DNA of 64,000 nucleotides from Mobula birostris (Eukaryota), in assembly GCF_030028105.1 (NCBI RefSeq), contig NC_092373.1, positions 176,739,556 through 176,803,555 of the forward strand, written 5' to 3'. Every line of letters begins with the position of its first letter. The stretch's first letter is position 1. The notes under the pieces are model-generated. The model had not been told where the DNA came from and did no database searches. It saw nothing but the letters and a program-made list of their open reading frames with translations. Shown one piece after another: positions 63,732 through 64,000 of this stretch. Position numbers and translations under genes: made by a program.

Positions 63732-64000
63732 TAAGGACCAAATATTGTATTCAAATGCAAAGATCTGCATTGATACTATCCCTATCAGCACTTCACCAAA
63801 GTACTCTGTAGTCAAAGATCATCTTGAAGTGTAGTCACTGTTGCAATATAAGAAACATGGCAGCCTGTAGGTTCTCCAAACAATAATATGATAATGACTT
63901 ATTTACTCCATATTTCTAAATATATTAGTCATGTCACCAAGTTAAAATTAGTGCTATGGGATCTAGGACATCAACTTGAAATGATGGATCTGGCTGAATT

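Overview
This is a vertebrate nuclear window. Its repeat content (V-SINEs, CR1, Penelope, Rex1, RTE) points to a cartilaginous fish, probably a ray; that assignment is inferred. There are three host genes. (1) A complete 7-exon tetraspanin on the - strand (45676->25828, 247 aa), best called tspan36. (2) ATP5F1A exons 1-5 on the + strand (59938-63730), continuing off the right edge. (3) A probable HAUS1 first coding micro-exon and promoter on the - strand at about 8.0-8.2 kb. The rest is nested transposon debris, plus one 713-N assembly gap. The standout feature is a Ty3/Gypsy LTR element (13431-15948, 5-bp TSD AAAAC). Its RT/RNaseH/integrase core has been replaced by an intron-less fragment resembling the proline-rich tail and coiled coil of host SH3KBP1/CIN85. 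The fragment reconstructs as in frame at both junctions, which resembles retroviral transduction of a cellular mRNA. Other notable items are a near-perfect MITF M-box plus CRE in the tspan36 promoter, Penelope-derived minimal hammerhead motifs and an 82-bp fold-back in tspan36 introns, and an L1 insertion with a twin-priming inversion. Family and gene names come from recalled motifs, not database searches, and most repeat boundaries are approximate.
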